Virus record (IMG/VR): IMGVR_UViG_3300027733_000033
Direction: 5' to 3' (one strand)
DNA: 64,000 nt
Source: a virus
Of the stretch, positions 62,982 through 64,000 are shown in pieces. The notes beneath the pieces were generated by a model. The model worked only from the letters and a program-made list of their open reading frames with translations, did no database searches and was not told the origin of the DNA. Every line of letters begins with the position of its first letter. Position 1 is the stretch's first letter. The translations under genes were made by a program, and so were the position numbers.

Positions 62982-63340
62982 TCAATACCCCGTTCATCAA
63001 ACTCATACAAAAACATTAAATTACATGCGGCGTGGAGTAAATGGGATTTGCCTGTTTCGTCATCATTTTTATCACCTTTAAGGTAATCGTACACATGTCG
63101 TAATAACGCATCAGTATAACGTTTTCTAGCATCTGGTACGATTAACCAATTATCTTCATCGTACTTTTCAGCGCCGCTTGTTAGTATAGAACCAACACCC
63201 TCTATGAAATATGGACTTAACAATCTGTATTTAACCTTTCCAGTATCAAATTTTCTTCCAACTGAGGATAGGTCTTTTGTTTCTGTTTCATTTTTAGAAT
63301 TACTGTAATTAGCGAATGCCACGTCTTTTTCTCTCTTCAA
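62978..63340 (-). CDS. dATP/dGTP diphosphohydrolase-like protein (DUF5664 family)
   Basis: GRKFDTGK..Y.LL......V..ILT.GAEKY...NW......RY.DALLRH......D.ETGKSHL.HAACNLMFL. Confidence 0.85.
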   Translation of the reverse strand: MKREKDVAFANYSNSKNETETKDLSSVGRKFDTGKVKYRLLSPYFIEGVGSILTSGAEKYDEDNWLIVPDARKRYTDALLRHVYDYLKGDKNDDETGKSHLLHAACNLMFLYEFDERGIE

Positions 63341-63839
63341 TTATATCATCTAACGAAATAGGGTAAAAATCAGTTCTTTCAACACTGACGTTCATATACC
63401 TATTATCTGGAGTTCCGTCCGGTAAAAGTACAACTTCATTATGTAAATGTCCATGAATTTGAAACCCCCACCGCCCTAAACAATCTGGGTGGACCGGAAT
63501 ATGACCAAACAACATATTATCAATAACATGATATGCCCTGATGTCTTTAAAGTAAGGTAGATATTTGTCCAATTTGAAAATATCATGATTCCCTTTAATC
63601 AACCTCAAATCTTTACAGTTCAGCCGTTCTAACATAGGGAGCGCTCTTAAATTTAAAGCAACATCACCTAAAATGTAACATTTATCTTCTGGTTTAACCC
63701 TTTCGTTGAAACGCTCAACTAAAACTTCGTCCATTTCTTCGATTGAATCCCATGGTCTAAGTTTACTCCCATCATAATTTAAAAATTTACACATTCCGTG
63801 ATGCCCAAAGTGCAAATCCGAAGTAAGCCAGATGTTCAT
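63309..63839 (-). CDS. Metallophosphoesterase
   Basis: TSDLHFGH, LGD, GNHD, HIP.H, IHGHLH and NVSVE. Confidence 0.9.
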   Translation of the reverse strand: MNIWLTSDLHFGHHGMCKFLNYDGSKLRPWDSIEEMDEVLVERFNERVKPEDKCYILGDVALNLRALPMLERLNCKDLRLIKGNHDIFKLDKYLPYFKDIRAYHVIDNMLFGHIPVHPDCLGRWGFQIHGHLHNEVVLLPDGTPDNRYMNVSVERTDFYPISLDDIIEERKRRGIR

Positions 63840-63841
63840 TT

Positions 63842-64000
63842 TCACTCCTTATGTAGTTTCTTAGATTTAATCCAAGAATTATCAATATCATTATCTAATG
63901 TCAAATCTTTACCCTTTATAATAGCGCCGCCGGTTAATACTACATCTTCATTATCGGCAATCACTAGATATGCCTCACCAAAGTAAACCTTTCTAGACTT
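63842..64000 (-). CDS. Hypothetical protein (partial; 5' end outside the window)
   Basis: Open frame ...KVYFGEAYLVIADNEDVVLTGG...KKLHKE*. Confidence 0.45.
   Translation of the reverse strand, partial: KSRKVYFGEAYLVIADNEDVVLTGGAIIKGKDLTLDNDIDNSWIKSKKLHKE

Overview
This is an AT-rich (roughly one-third GC by eye) segment of a large T4-like myophage genome, with most genes on the minus strand. Core genes are gp41 helicase (with a 139-aa mini-intein in the P-loop), a gp40-like ORF, uvsX, gp17 terminase, gp46/gp47/gp55, gp30 ligase, dCMP deaminase, a stand-alone UvsW C-terminal fragment, RNase H, gp43, dexA, phoH, hsp20, regA and gp62/44/45. A TET/JBP-family dioxygenase, missed by the ORF track, runs off the left edge. 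Between the core genes lie many small early ORFs driven by about 29 copies of a TTTACT-N17-TATAAT promoter, many within repeated terminator+promoter+leader cassettes (PeSL-like). The window also holds a 7-tRNA cluster and six HNH/GIY-YIG endonuclease genes. The most notable signals are: (1) at least nine proteins with T4-style capsid-targeting leaders, including two ADP-ribosyltransferase-like cargoes sharing an identical 52-bp RBS+leader cassette that ends exactly at the predicted protease site, plus modular polyprotein-like cargoes; (2) a covarying two-stem RNA element between opposed late promoters, shared by four homing-endonuclease genes of two unrelated families; (3) an HNH nuclease with about ten tandem 31-aa repeats that vary at their junctions; (4) a tandem, covarying pseudoknot RNA and other structured RNAs in the tRNA cluster; (5) an apparently split uvsW and a ROSE-type thermometer on hsp20. 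All family assignments come from motif recognition; no database searches were run.
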